The notes under the pieces are model-generated. The model ran no database searches and had not been told where the DNA came from. It was given only the letters and a program-made list of their open reading frames with translations. Of a stretch of 60,587 nucleotides of DNA, positions 9,701 to 18,067 are shown piece after piece. The DNA lies in NCBI GenBank assembly GCA_944321985.1, contig CALUNK010000001.1, forward strand, positions 1 to 60,587, read 5' to 3'. The DNA is from Candidatus Methanomethylophilaceae archaeon. Its GTDB lineage: Archaea; Thermoplasmatota; Thermoplasmata; Methanomassiliicoccales; Methanomethylophilaceae. The translations under genes and the position numbers were made by a program. Each line of letters opens with the position of its first letter. Position 1 is the first letter of the stretch.

Positions 9701-11988
9701 CTCCACCCGATGTGGATGTGTCCGGATACCGCGAGGTCACACTGTGGGATTGTGAAGTTGGCGATGCCACCTGTGTTCTCCAGGATCTGCGTGGATGGCG
9801 CCGAACCCGTGGACGAGAACCCCGATGGAACGTTTGGATTGAACGTCAGAGTCTTTGTGAATGACCCTGCAGCCTCCACGACCACTCTCGTCTGCTGGAC
9901 CAGTCCGCTCGAACTCTCCACGTAAAGCCAGATCTCTCCCGGCTCAGTTGCCGCTCCCTGGAGGGAGAATGGAGACGATGTGCTGACGATGCTTGACGAT
10001 GACTCCGCAGGGACGGTGGTGATCTCATCCCCTGTCGACCCGTTCAAAACATAGAGTCCGGCCGGAAGCTGCACTCCGAGGTATCCGCCATGCAATCTGT
10101 AGGGCGGGCTGGATGGGAGGAGGTTTCCTAGGCTGTTCCCACCCTGCTGAGCAGGGTTCTCGAACATATCTAGGAAGATGGTTTTGGAGTAGTCAGAAGG
10201 ATAGTCGTCGTTGAGCTTCTCGCCTACAGTGACCGTCAGATCGGCATATTCCCCCGAGCCGTCGTTGGCGGTGAACCTGATGACCGCAGTTCCTTCGGTC
10301 AGAGCCGTGATACGGTACTGGGAGAGATTGGCCGCGCCGTGGACACTGTCCGTTATGAGCTGGATCGAGACGATGTTTGAGCCGGATCTGAACGTGGGCG
10401 TGACCGTGGTGTCCGTAGCATAGCTGGGATACCCTCCGGGGTAGACGTCAACGGTCTTGTCCACGTTGGTGGAGAGCTCGGAGATCCTGTTGGCGCTGGA
10501 TTCCACGCCGGTGCTATGGATATAGACTGCTGTGCAAAGAGTGGTGGCTTCGATGACCGTAATCGTGATTTCGTCGTAGTATCCGTCGTCATCCCTAGCC
10601 GTAGCTCTGATTATGACTGTCCCGGGAGACACTCCTGTGATCAGACAGGACCCTCCTGCGCTCGACGATGAACTGCTGATCGTGGCATACTGAGAACCGG
10701 ACCTTATGGTGAAGTCCAAACTGCGGTCGCTAGCTGTCGTGGGGTAGGCGAAGGCCGAGATGGCGAGATTCATTCCGACCTGCACTTCCGTTCCGTTCGG
10801 AGTCTGGAAATCGATGGACGACACGTGCTCCGGATCGTCCGGATCCACAGGCGTGCTCCCTCTGACATTGACGGTACACGTCTGCTTCTTGGTTCCGTTG
10901 TACTGGTATTGGATCTCGAAGGTGGCTGTTCCATCGGAGACTCCAGTGATGGCGAATGTGGCTCCTCCGTTGAATGAGGACAGAACCCTGACGGTGGCCA
11001 CGCTCGTCGGAGATATGGCGTAGTCCCAGGTCAGGGTCGTGGAGAACGTTGCTGTCACGTTGACCGTCTCACCGACACCGACCACCAGCGATGATGGCAT
11101 GACGATGGTCGGCACAGGGTTGATGGTGAACTGCTTCACGGCGGTGGCCCCGCCCCCGTCGGCCGCCGTGGCCCTGACGGAACAGGAACGTGATATCGTC
11201 TGGTCCGGATCCGCGATGATCGTGCAGGTTCCGCCGGTTGACGTGTTCGCTGTTTCGATCTCGAAGTAAGAGGCCCCGCTCTCCTTTGTCCATGCCACAT
11301 GCCTGTTGGCTGCCGATGAAGGGGATGAGACGGCCGTGAACGTGATCTCCTCCCCAGAGTCGACCTCCGACGGACCTGTGATGGATATCGACGAAACATC
11401 GCCGGATTCGCTGACGTAGATGATCTGTGAGAAGTACAGGTTGGATTGGACACCGTCCGCCGTGCATCTTATGGCGATGCTCATGCTCCCTGCCGAGACC
11501 CCCTCGATGGTGAGGTCCATCTCGTCCCCGTTCTCCACCATTGACACGTTGGCTATGGCCTGATCATCCGAGGTGTAGTTCAGGATGCTCCAGTCGTACG
11601 AACCGAATCCCTTCGTGGCCCAGAAATGGACATCGTAGGTCTGGCCGACGTAGACGTTGGGGTTTTCGCGTGGCTGATAGTCGCACCTCACAGTCTTGTT
11701 GCTCGTCCCTATGCGTATGTATGCTGCACCCTGGTCGCTCTCACCGTCCGTACCGGTGACCGAGAACTGGATGGGGTAGCTGCCGTTGGAGGTGGATGAC
11801 GGGATTGTCCCCGACACTCTGATGGCGTTGCGCGTCCCGCCGTTCGTGCTGACTATCGTGGCGCTGAGCGTATCTGCGATGAGCCCTGACATATCATAGG
11901 ATGAAATCTGGGTGTTGGAGATCACCGCGATGTAGTCTATCGTGGTCCCTGGACTCAGATAGTAGTCGACGAATGCTATGTCGGTCAT
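6742..11988 (-). CDS. Large tail-tip protein (1748 aa): N-terminal Ig-like (Big_2-type) and Listeria-Bacteroides (Flg_new-type) repeats, C-terminal baseplate hub-like region
   Basis: Ig-like repeats (VSSISITGPSEV, ITGVSPGTVIIRATARD, TEGTAVIRFTANDGSG); VTFDANGG...GHRLSHWTD and LTFNPN...HIGW...LYAEW repeats; hub-like AGSASFTL...LLDGFITTISP. Lies after the tape-measure and distal-tail genes. Confidence 0.75.
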   Translation of the reverse strand: MTDIAFVDYYLSPGTTIDYIAVISNTQISSYDMSGLIADTLSATIVSTNGGTRNAIRVSGTIPSSTSNGSYPIQFSVTGTDGESDQGAAYIRIGTSNKTVRCDYQPRENPNVYVGQTYDVHFWATKGFGSYDWSILNYTSDDQAIANVSMVENGDEMDLTIEGVSAGSMSIAIRCTADGVQSNLYFSQIIYVSESGDVSSISITGPSEVDSGEEITFTAVSSPSSAANRHVAWTKESGASYFEIETANTSTGGTCTIIADPDQTISRSCSVRATAADGGGATAVKQFTINPVPTIVMPSSLVVGVGETVNVTATFSTTLTWDYAISPTSVATVRVLSSFNGGATFAITGVSDGTATFEIQYQYNGTKKQTCTVNVRGSTPVDPDDPEHVSSIDFQTPNGTEVQVGMNLAISAFAYPTTASDRSLDFTIRSGSQYATISSSSSSAGGSCLITGVSPGTVIIRATARDDDGYYDEITITVIEATTLCTAVYIHSTGVESSANRISELSTNVDKTVDVYPGGYPSYATDTTVTPTFRSGSNIVSIQLITDSVHGAANLSQYRITALTEGTAVIRFTANDGSGEYADLTVTVGEKLNDDYPSDYSKTIFLDMFENPAQQGGNSLGNLLPSSPPYRLHGGYLGVQLPAGLYVLNGSTGDEITTVPAESSSSIVSTSSPFSLQGAATEPGEIWLYVESSSGLVQQTRVVVEAAGSFTKTLTFNPNVPSGFSSTGSAPSTQILENTGGIANFTIPQCDLAVSGHIHIGWRTSTGNSGDGRIYQAGDRFTVTGDDVDAVLYAEWFQIPEGTTGQGTPSDPFTWSFQTYDPVSITVPNKGDYPINTYKYGIGELPNGVTAQIGSTVFSNYPEYSTSFSSGAIVLSGTPTTVSELVFVELGTRGYSVYFRLIVAEGDVPEPGEDLVVTFDANGGTFPNGQEVVTITAPDRAYVLPDWSVVDRPGHRLSHWTDAGGNRSEMGQTKNTIETWTAQWIEDVRGYSAELLPHASVRIYRAMNEYIDATYLQVRGGEVSAIIAENQAGSASFTLLNDYLTDGHGLLSDDCDLWNLGPTGPISTGMYVRIDDINEDGTLSYLLDGFITTISPSAETVDIQIGDRTTFLSKSGTTYRRNFYGESRTSAVFDAGHDGNGLYGNLSTMPPEAIMDGDPFWKVLTTSQNSGSIERSVLGFGNSYGTKCSVRIPLVNVDRLESIRLRLGFRGRNMPETYSFSGVARIRSGDQTWFELWSTSFTNLGTLHTMDLNMDFWNGSTSGVDIVGGEAILELELTGYSGSRDGSVSLLIGGTGPFDIESEVYDITGVSINMDVTTGNWMRVSECELSSDRLTVTAIDGVNDLDDSSLYIPSEDRVRVAFITGSQSTISMMESMAWAFGMTPLVAGTPDDAELRMFRTGGGYALDYYQKLADVPAQSGRRRAFSARGYTTPIIVLSSRHRLTDSAFAHIHYGGDAVTGSEERIALASFSPSMTFKSRPNLVLVRGTMSSKGRADSTPIMVAVEDTASTSRRFGLVVENVIADGSVNMAVDAANSAWAEITENDLDEWEGTITIPGIRRDLLPATGAYAGSGVALKVTDSRNGLFGYQVRARELRIDYSACTTTVVLTNHSMIYSSGISDTAAMAVTSADVATGANDTTLFNTQYVRVRTDQAQTIKDSGNDVQGKLYSIQSWFDFNDVSILQLPSGRNVIVASAPANGGLHARDDASYDVCDIRINGGPSIAIRPTLRPDYYEGQLLILNLDCPML

Positions 11989-11989
11989 C

Positions 11990-12331
11990 TCAGTCCTCCG
12001 TCACAGTGATGGAGAAGAAGATCCAGCTGCGGTTGCTGCTCTCCTGCACCGTCGGGGTTCCAGCGACGCCACTTCTCGTCTGGACTCCGTCATTGACCGT
12101 CAACCTGGAGGATGCCAGGGATTCCAGGGCATCTCTGCCCGCTGCAGTATCGAGGACACGTCCCTGCAGGGTGCACACCGCGTTGTCCGTCCCCTGCGGA
12201 AACGTGACACCCAGTCCACGTCCTCCCGGGATCGTCACATGGGTGGTGATGGCCTCGCCAACCCATGCGGTCTTGTCCGTCCAGATGATCGGGCTCGTGC
12301 TCAAGCCGTTCTTTGAAACGCTGATCGTCAT
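11990..12331 (-). CDS. Putative distal tail protein (113 aa)
   Basis: Lies between the tape-measure-like genes and the hub; HVTIPGG motif; translationally coupled. Confidence 0.5.
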   Translation of the reverse strand: MTISVSKNGLSTSPIIWTDKTAWVGEAITTHVTIPGGRGLGVTFPQGTDNAVCTLQGRVLDTAAGRDALESLASSRLTVNDGVQTRSGVAGTPTVQESSNRSWIFFSITVTED

Positions 12332-12939
12332 AGTGCTCCTCCTCCCACGACCTGGAAGATCTCAGTCTGCGCCTGTCTCGGCGTCGTGCTCTCAACCGAG
12401 ATGTTTGTGGTCGTCGAACTCGAGTTGTTGTTCGTTATGAGGAACGCTCCCGCAGCTCCCAGGGTGGCACCTGCCGCCAATCCTACCAGAGCCATCTTGC
12501 CCGGGGACTGCAGGACCGCGTTGAAGGCGTTCAGAGCAGCGTTGACGGCGGTTGCGCCGTTCAGAGTAGTCATGACCGCCTGCACCGATTTGATAGCCGT
12601 GACGGCCCCTGCGAAGAGCGAGAACCCGGCGTTGATCATGTTGAGTTTCTGCGCAGTTTCATCCGAGACCACTCCCAGGCCGATGACTCCGCCGATTGCC
12701 GCAGAGGTCGCCTCCCTGAGGCCCATGACCGCCGTGAGCTGTGTGAGGACAGAGACCTGCTGGGATTCCAGGGTCCTGGTGGTCTGCTTGATCTCGGCCT
12801 GCGCCTCGACCTGTTTGTTACCGAGGTCATCCAGCTTCTGCCCCGCTTCCTCGGTCGCCTGCGACATGCTCTTGGCCGCTGCGCTGACGTTATCCTCGAG
12901 CCTGAATGCGTAAACAATTGTCTTGTTCAGGTCGGTCAT
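12328..12939 (-). CDS. Short tape-measure-like protein B (203 aa)
   Basis: Start MTDLNK through an ATGA overlap; N-terminal coiled coil followed by Ala/Gly-rich hydrophobic helices. Confidence 0.6.
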   Translation of the reverse strand: MTDLNKTIVYAFRLEDNVSAAAKSMSQATEEAGQKLDDLGNKQVEAQAEIKQTTRTLESQQVSVLTQLTAVMGLREATSAAIGGVIGLGVVSDETAQKLNMINAGFSLFAGAVTAIKSVQAVMTTLNGATAVNAALNAFNAVLQSPGKMALVGLAAGATLGAAGAFLITNNNSSSTTTNISVESTTPRQAQTEIFQVVGGGAL

Positions 12940-13337
12940 GTAATCACACCCAGTGTCTGGACCAGCCCCTGCACCTCCGAGGGGTTCTCGAGGTTCGCCT
13001 TGAGCCTGTAGTTCCTGACAAGCGGGAAGGTCACGCCTGCCGCGAGCGCTGCGGCCCCTGTGGCCAGCGCAATCTTCCCCCATCCGATGGGATTGCTGGC
13101 GTTGGCCACCGTCCCGGTGACCGCCTTTATGGCCGCCATCGAGTTCAGGGATTGGATGATCGTGACGATGCCCCCTATGATCTGCATGGAACCTACCATG
13201 GCGTCCATGGCGTCCGCCGCCGTCTGAGTGGTGTCGGCGAGCTCATCAGCCCCGATACCTGCCAGCCCGGTGGACACGCTCTGGATGGACTCCTGCCACA
13301 TGCCCCCGATGTCCGCAGCGACCTCGAGGCCCATCAT
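12936..13337 (-). CDS. Short tape-measure-like protein A (133 aa)
   Basis: Ala/Gly-rich helices with the TMP-type motif ASNPIGWGKIALATGAAALAAG; follows the tail chaperone. Confidence 0.55.
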   Translation of the reverse strand: MMGLEVAADIGGMWQESIQSVSTGLAGIGADELADTTQTAADAMDAMVGSMQIIGGIVTIIQSLNSMAAIKAVTGTVANASNPIGWGKIALATGAAALAAGVTFPLVRNYRLKANLENPSEVQGLVQTLGVIT

Positions 13338-13990
13338 CCCACCCTCTGGATGCCCATGGCCGCCTCGATCTCCCTCTCCCTGCGGGCGATGGCGTCGCGC
13401 TCGGCCACGATCCTTGAGATGTGGTAGGCGAACTGCGAGACGGTCATCATCTCGAGCTCCGCTTCGGTCATCAGGCGCACGCCGTACTGCTGGGCGATGA
13501 TCTCCATCATGCCGTCCACCTCATCAGGGTCGCGCACGCGCCCGAGCTCCTGCACGAGGATGTCCAGCGTGAGCTGCTCGTCTTCGGACAACGACTCGTA
13601 GAGGTCCTCGAACCTGTCCATGTTCTCCAGACACGGGGCAACGATGACGCCCAGAGCTGTCAGATCGTGCATGGAGACCTGCATCCTGAGCTCATTGATC
13701 CTGCGGACGGCATCCTGGTCCCACTGCTCCTGCGGAAGGTCCTTGAGGCCTGCCGCGAGGTCGGTGATCTCTGACTCCATGTCCCTGAGCTCGGGCCAGA
13801 TGATGTAGCGTGTGGCGTCGATGCGCTTCTGGAGACGGTAGGGCATCCTGCGGAGGATGATTGCTCCCTGGGAGGTCTGGAAGACGTACCTCTGCAGATG
13901 CTCCCTGCGGAGTTCCATGATGGAGTACGTCCCCTCGTTCGGCGATTTCTCCGGCTTCCCCTCAGGGGTTTGATAGACATACAGGGTCAT
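13334..13990 (-). CDS. Putative tail assembly chaperone (218 aa)
   Basis: Acidic helical protein between the tail tube and tape-measure genes; ATGA coupling. Confidence 0.5.
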   Translation of the reverse strand: MTLYVYQTPEGKPEKSPNEGTYSIMELRREHLQRYVFQTSQGAIILRRMPYRLQKRIDATRYIIWPELRDMESEITDLAAGLKDLPQEQWDQDAVRRINELRMQVSMHDLTALGVIVAPCLENMDRFEDLYESLSEDEQLTLDILVQELGRVRDPDEVDGMMEIIAQQYGVRLMTEAELEMMTVSQFAYHISRIVAERDAIARREREIEAAMGIQRVG

Positions 13991-14904
13991 GCGACCTCCG
14001 TGACGGTGATGTCCGTGGCCGTGACGCTGATCGTTTCATCGTAGCCGCTGTCGGCCGTCCTGTCCGGGTCACCCTGGTTGATGCGGCATCCGGAGAGGGT
14101 CACGAGGTATCCGTCGATTTCGATCCTGAATGTCAGACCTGAGGCGAGCTCGTGCCTGAGTCTGTCCCACTCCTGACCTGCGGAGGTGACAGTGATCTCC
14201 AGCGTGACCTCCGACGCCCCAGGCACGCTGTCGCCTCCGGCTTCGAGCTTGAATCCGTTGGCGTCATTGGGATCGTTAACATCCGGCTCCGACGTCAGGT
14301 TCTGGTTGATGGTCATCGTCCACGATTTCCCCGGGATCGATGCGAAGTCTGTGCCGTCGTCGCTCCACTCCCACTTCTTGAGATATGTGATGGGTGCCCC
14401 AGACGGGAGCGGAGCGACATCCATGGACAGGTCGGTTCCGTCAGAATCTTTGAATGGACTCAGGGAGTACCACCTGCACACGGCATTGACGGAGAACTCG
14501 AGGGCCTGTCCGATGTCCGATGCGGAGATGGTCAGGGAGTTGACCCTGCATCCGGTCATGATGCGGTTGTCCCCGTCCGCGACCCTGAAAACCGTATCGT
14601 AGCTGTCGGACTGCCTCTGGATGCCCGTCAGGGCCCCTATGGCGAGCTCCATCCACCTCGTCCACCCCTGGGATCTGATGAAGTTGAACGTCGCCGTGTA
14701 CCCGAACGCCCTGGATGTCACGAAGTCCCCGCGCTTGAGCCTGGTGCATCCATGGATCTCCTCCACATCGGCGGTGTTGCCGGAGGTGTTGAACGTCCTC
14801 AGCGTCCCACCGTACACGGATGTACCTGCCGTGTCCACTTTGCCATAAGTCTGCTCGGTGCGGATGGTCAGTCCGCACAGATCGCCCTTTGTTCTGACCG
14901 TCAT
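13987..14904 (-). CDS. Major tail (tube) protein
   Basis: About 305 aa, beta-rich, with EQTYG and TGCRVNSLTIS motifs; follows the neck genes; GGTGA RBS before ATG 14904. Confidence 0.7.
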   Translation of the reverse strand: MTVRTKGDLCGLTIRTEQTYGKVDTAGTSVYGGTLRTFNTSGNTADVEEIHGCTRLKRGDFVTSRAFGYTATFNFIRSQGWTRWMELAIGALTGIQRQSDSYDTVFRVADGDNRIMTGCRVNSLTISASDIGQALEFSVNAVCRWYSLSPFKDSDGTDLSMDVAPLPSGAPITYLKKWEWSDDGTDFASIPGKSWTMTINQNLTSEPDVNDPNDANGFKLEAGGDSVPGASEVTLEITVTSAGQEWDRLRHELASGLTFRIEIDGYLVTLSGCRINQGDPDRTADSGYDETISVTATDITVTEVA

Positions 14905-14905
14905 C

Positions 14906-15325
14906 TCACTCACCGTAGTATCTCGTTATCTCGAGGCCGAAGAGGTATTCCCTCGATGACTCCGACGACCCCTCGACCTCGTAGGGGGCGCTGTCGGGTG
15001 TGATGCAAAGGTAGAGCGTTCCGTTGACGCTCTGATCCAGAATCAGATTGAAGCGGCGGTAGAGCTGCATCGAGAGCTCCTGCGCCCTCTGCTTGCCCAG
15101 TTCACCGTTGGCGGCGCCTCTGACCTGGACATTGGCGTAAAGGGTGTCCGTGTGGTTGAGGACGTCCGGCATCGGCGCGGTGTTGCGCTGCTCGACTAGG
15201 ATTCTGTCGCCCGCGACGTTCTTTCTGATCTCGAGGATCTGCGGGTCGACGATGTTCCTTCCGACCTCTCCGAACCCCCAGGAGGCGATCAGGTCCATCA
15301 GGTCCCTGGTGACGCTGTCGCTCAC
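14906..15325 (-). CDS. Putative tail terminator / neck protein (139 aa)
   Basis: GTG start overlapping the previous stop; NVQVRG motif; directly before the tail tube gene. Confidence 0.55.
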   Translation of the reverse strand: MSDSVTRDLMDLIASWGFGEVGRNIVDPQILEIRKNVAGDRILVEQRNTAPMPDVLNHTDTLYANVQVRGAANGELGKQRAQELSMQLYRRFNLILDQSVNGTLYLCITPDSAPYEVEGSSESSREYLFGLEITRYYGE

Positions 15326-15981
15326 AGCAGACCCCTCCTCTGGAGCTCCCTGTCGATGTTCGCCGAGAACTGCTTGGCGATCTTGTCCTGGAGCTCGACG
15401 AACGGGCGCTCCAGGAACTTGTTTCCGGTACCGTAGGCCGTCCATCCGTGCGTCTTGCCGGGCGTCCAGTAGTCTCCCTCCACAGGCTTCTCCGCCTCGT
15501 GGATCCTGGCGGCGTACTCTACGGACGAAGACAGCGAGAGGGTGACCGAGTTCGCGGTCTTCGAGACATGGAACGCCGTTGCGTCCTGCCTCGGGAGGAT
15601 GCTGTTGGACAGTCTGCCTCTGCCGTAGCGCTCGATGCGGTCCAGCGATCTCTCGCGCCTGTCCCTCGCCACGGTGCCTCCCTTGGCGGCATCCGTGAGA
15701 AGTTTCTCGCGCTGCTTCTCCCACCCGCGGAGCGAGGCCTCCCATTGGGACGGGTCGTTGGGGTCGCCCCTACTCTTGATGGCCAGGGTCGCCCCTGCCA
15801 TCGAGGCGTACCTCGCCATGTTCGACTTCGGGATGCGTCTCCATGCCTCCTGCAGGTACTTGGTACTCACCATCGCGTCCTTCATGGCCTTCTCCGCGAT
15901 GTCCGGCCAGTCGGTCTGCAGCTGCTCGAGGCCCTTGACGAGCTCGTTCAGGTCCTCGATCTCCACGTGGTAGGTGGTCAT
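15322..15981 (-). CDS. HK97 gp10-like tail completion / neck protein (219 aa)
   Basis: MTTYHVEIEDLNELVKGL...GRLSNSI...SVEYAARIHE...KFLERPF pattern. Confidence 0.65.
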   Translation of the reverse strand: MTTYHVEIEDLNELVKGLEQLQTDWPDIAEKAMKDAMVSTKYLQEAWRRIPKSNMARYASMAGATLAIKSRGDPNDPSQWEASLRGWEKQREKLLTDAAKGGTVARDRRERSLDRIERYGRGRLSNSILPRQDATAFHVSKTANSVTLSLSSSVEYAARIHEAEKPVEGDYWTPGKTHGWTAYGTGNKFLERPFVELQDKIAKQFSANIDRELQRRGLL

Positions 15982-16514
15982 ATGTTCGGCCTCGTCTCGG
16001 AGTAGACCGAGGACATGACCGCCTCCGTGAGGGGGTCGTCGTCGCGCCTCTCGTACCTGTTCCTGACCATCATGAGCAGGGCGTTCTTGACGACCGGGGG
16101 ACAGTGGGATCCCGCGCGGTACTCCACCGTGACGCCGATGGGTGCGACCTCCGCCTCCATCAGGTCGAGGGCCTCCCTGAGCGCCAGGTGCAGCTTCCCG
16201 CCGAAGACGTACCACGATTCGGCGGGAGCGGTCGCATCGCTGCCGTCCCTGAATGTGATCCTGACGCGCTCCACCTCGAGGACGGGGCCCTTGAGTGGGA
16301 TGTCAACCTCAGGCAGAAGTCCCCATGTGCAGAGGCTCTTGGACACGGACACCTCGCGCTCGGCGAGATAATACGGCAGGACCGATTCGAGACGATCTCT
16401 GCAGAAGCTTATCGAATCGGTGAGAAGGGGATCCTCGGACGTGTCGTCCGGGACCATGGAGAGATAGGATCTAACGTCGGGCAGGTCGATGGGTTCCGCG
16501 ATGCTGGCTGTCAT
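15978..16514 (-). CDS. Head-tail connector (adaptor; HK97 gp6 / SPP1 gp15-like)
   Basis: EPIDLPDVRSYL...EDPLL and VEYRAG...PPVVKNALLMMVRNRYERR motifs; GGAG RBS. Confidence 0.8.
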   Translation of the reverse strand: MTASIAEPIDLPDVRSYLSMVPDDTSEDPLLTDSISFCRDRLESVLPYYLAEREVSVSKSLCTWGLLPEVDIPLKGPVLEVERVRITFRDGSDATAPAESWYVFGGKLHLALREALDLMEAEVAPIGVTVEYRAGSHCPPVVKNALLMMVRNRYERRDDDPLTEAVMSSVYSETRPNI

Positions 16515-16532
16515 GTTTCTCCTGAATGCATG

Positions 16533-16567
16533 AAAAAGGTTCCGACCGCCCCATCAGTGACGATCGG
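16533..16567 (-). terminator. Hairpin + U-tract after the capsid genes
   Basis: CCGAUCGUC...GGCGGUCGG stem followed by AACCUUUUU on the minus strand. Confidence 0.5.
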
Positions 16568-16597
16568 TAAGGTGTTTGGAGCGATGTTCTGTGAGTT

Positions 16598-16939
16598 TTA
16601 CTCAGGATCGGGTCCCGAGTCCCTGGCCTCATCCAGCTCCACGATTCCCGTGGCGTTGGCGAAGACCACCTTGACGTACCTGCACGACCCGATGTAGCAG
16701 GCAACAATCTTGGTGCCGTCCCCTCCGCTGAGGGTCACGGGCTCCCCGGTGTCGATGTCGACGATGTCGTCGGCAGGGCAGGAGGACAACCCTGTGGACG
16801 AATCCCCTACAGTCACGGTTCCCGTGGCGGATGCTGCGGTCCCTATCATGAGGATCTTGACGATTCCGTGGTCGATGGTGTCCGCGACCTCATTGGACTC
16901 GAAAAGCCTCGCACCCCCCGGTGCTGCTCTGCGTGCCAT
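16598..16939 (-). CDS. Putative capsid decoration protein (113 aa)
   Basis: Directly after the MCP; beta-rich with YIGSCRYVKV. Confidence 0.55.
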   Translation of the reverse strand: MARRAAPGGARLFESNEVADTIDHGIVKILMIGTAASATGTVTVGDSSTGLSSCPADDIVDIDTGEPVTLSGGDGTKIVACYIGSCRYVKVVFANATGIVELDEARDSGPDPE

Positions 16940-16941
16940 GC

Positions 16942-18066
16942 TCAGGCCCCCACGTCGATGGCGACGAGCGCCTCCGGCCTTACGACCTGTCCTCCGAATG
17001 CGGAGTTGTAGGTCAGGCTGGTGATTCCATTCTTGTGCTGGGTGTAAGGGTCACGTATGAAGGTCATCTGCTCGGACTGGACGCCGATGTACGCCTTCCT
17101 GAGGTCCCCGAGCATGATCGCCCTGTTGCCGTCGGTGTCGAGACCGGGTGCCTCGGCGATGATGACCGGCTTTCCGAGGATGGCGGGCCTGATCCCCTCT
17201 GCGAGAGGCGTGGTCACATAGGCGCTGTCCTTCCCGAACTGCTTGACAATGGCCCAGAACGTCTCATTGGACATGACCCACTTGGCGTTGTCCATCGCGC
17301 CACTCTTCATGGCTCCCATGGCATCGAAGAGGACGTCGGTGGTAATGCCCTTGGACGCTCCGGACTTGAGGGTCTTGATCTTCTTGTTGACTTTGGAGGT
17401 CTTGTCTAGCAGTCCGACGGGCTTGTTGTCCCCGTTACCCAGAAGGATGGCGGTTCCGATGCCGTCCCTCATGGCGCTGGCTGACTCGCTCTGGATGTAC
17501 TGCTCGGCGTTGACCAGGTTGCTATCCCTGATCAGGACGTTGGAGAGCTCGGTGCTACACACCATCTCGTTCATGGGAATGTTGGCCACTCCGACATCCA
17601 CCTTGGACACGGGCCTCTCCTCGATTTCCCCGACCCAGTGGACCTCGGGCCTGGAGTTGGCCACGGGAACGCTTCCCACGTTTCCGGAGATCCTGAACAC
17701 GGTGATCTCGGACAGGAGGGGACTCCTCTCATACAGCTGAGGGATGACCTGGTCGATGAACTCCGGAATCGCCAGGTATCCGGCGTTGTTCTGGTTGGCC
17801 ACGGTCGCGGTGGCGGCCTTGGACTCGTATTCCTGAGTCCTGCCTGAGACGTAGTCGATAAAGGACTTCATCTCGGGGGACACGGTCTTGGATTTCGCAC
17901 CGTGGAGATACTCGAACTTCTGGGTCCTGAGCTGCATCTCCGCGATGGCATCCTTCATGCTCTTGAGCTCGCCCGGGAGGGGGTCGAGCTTCTGTGTCAT
18001 CGCCTCTCCAATCTTGGAGAGGTTCGTGCCGAGGGATTTAATCTCGGCCATCATCGTATCTGACAT
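16942..18066 (-). CDS. Major capsid protein, HK97 fold
   Basis: GYLAIPEF, WVGE, ILLGNGDNKPVGLL, WVMSNET, ILGKPV, GDL and GGQVVRPEA motifs; start trimmed to MSDTMM (18066). Confidence 0.92.
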   Translation of the reverse strand: MSDTMMAEIKSLGTNLSKIGEAMTQKLDPLPGELKSMKDAIAEMQLRTQKFEYLHGAKSKTVSPEMKSFIDYVSGRTQEYESKAATATVANQNNAGYLAIPEFIDQVIPQLYERSPLLSEITVFRISGNVGSVPVANSRPEVHWVGEIEERPVSKVDVGVANIPMNEMVCSTELSNVLIRDSNLVNAEQYIQSESASAMRDGIGTAILLGNGDNKPVGLLDKTSKVNKKIKTLKSGASKGITTDVLFDAMGAMKSGAMDNAKWVMSNETFWAIVKQFGKDSAYVTTPLAEGIRPAILGKPVIIAEAPGLDTDGNRAIMLGDLRKAYIGVQSEQMTFIRDPYTQHKNGITSLTYNSAFGGQVVRPEALVAIDVGA

Positions 18067-18067
18067 C

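Noticed and set aside
12936-13083. Programmed -1 frameshift fusing the two tape-measure-like ORFs
   Set aside because: The second frame is open upstream, but I found no XXXYYYZ slippery heptamer, and the ATGA overlap explains the arrangement.
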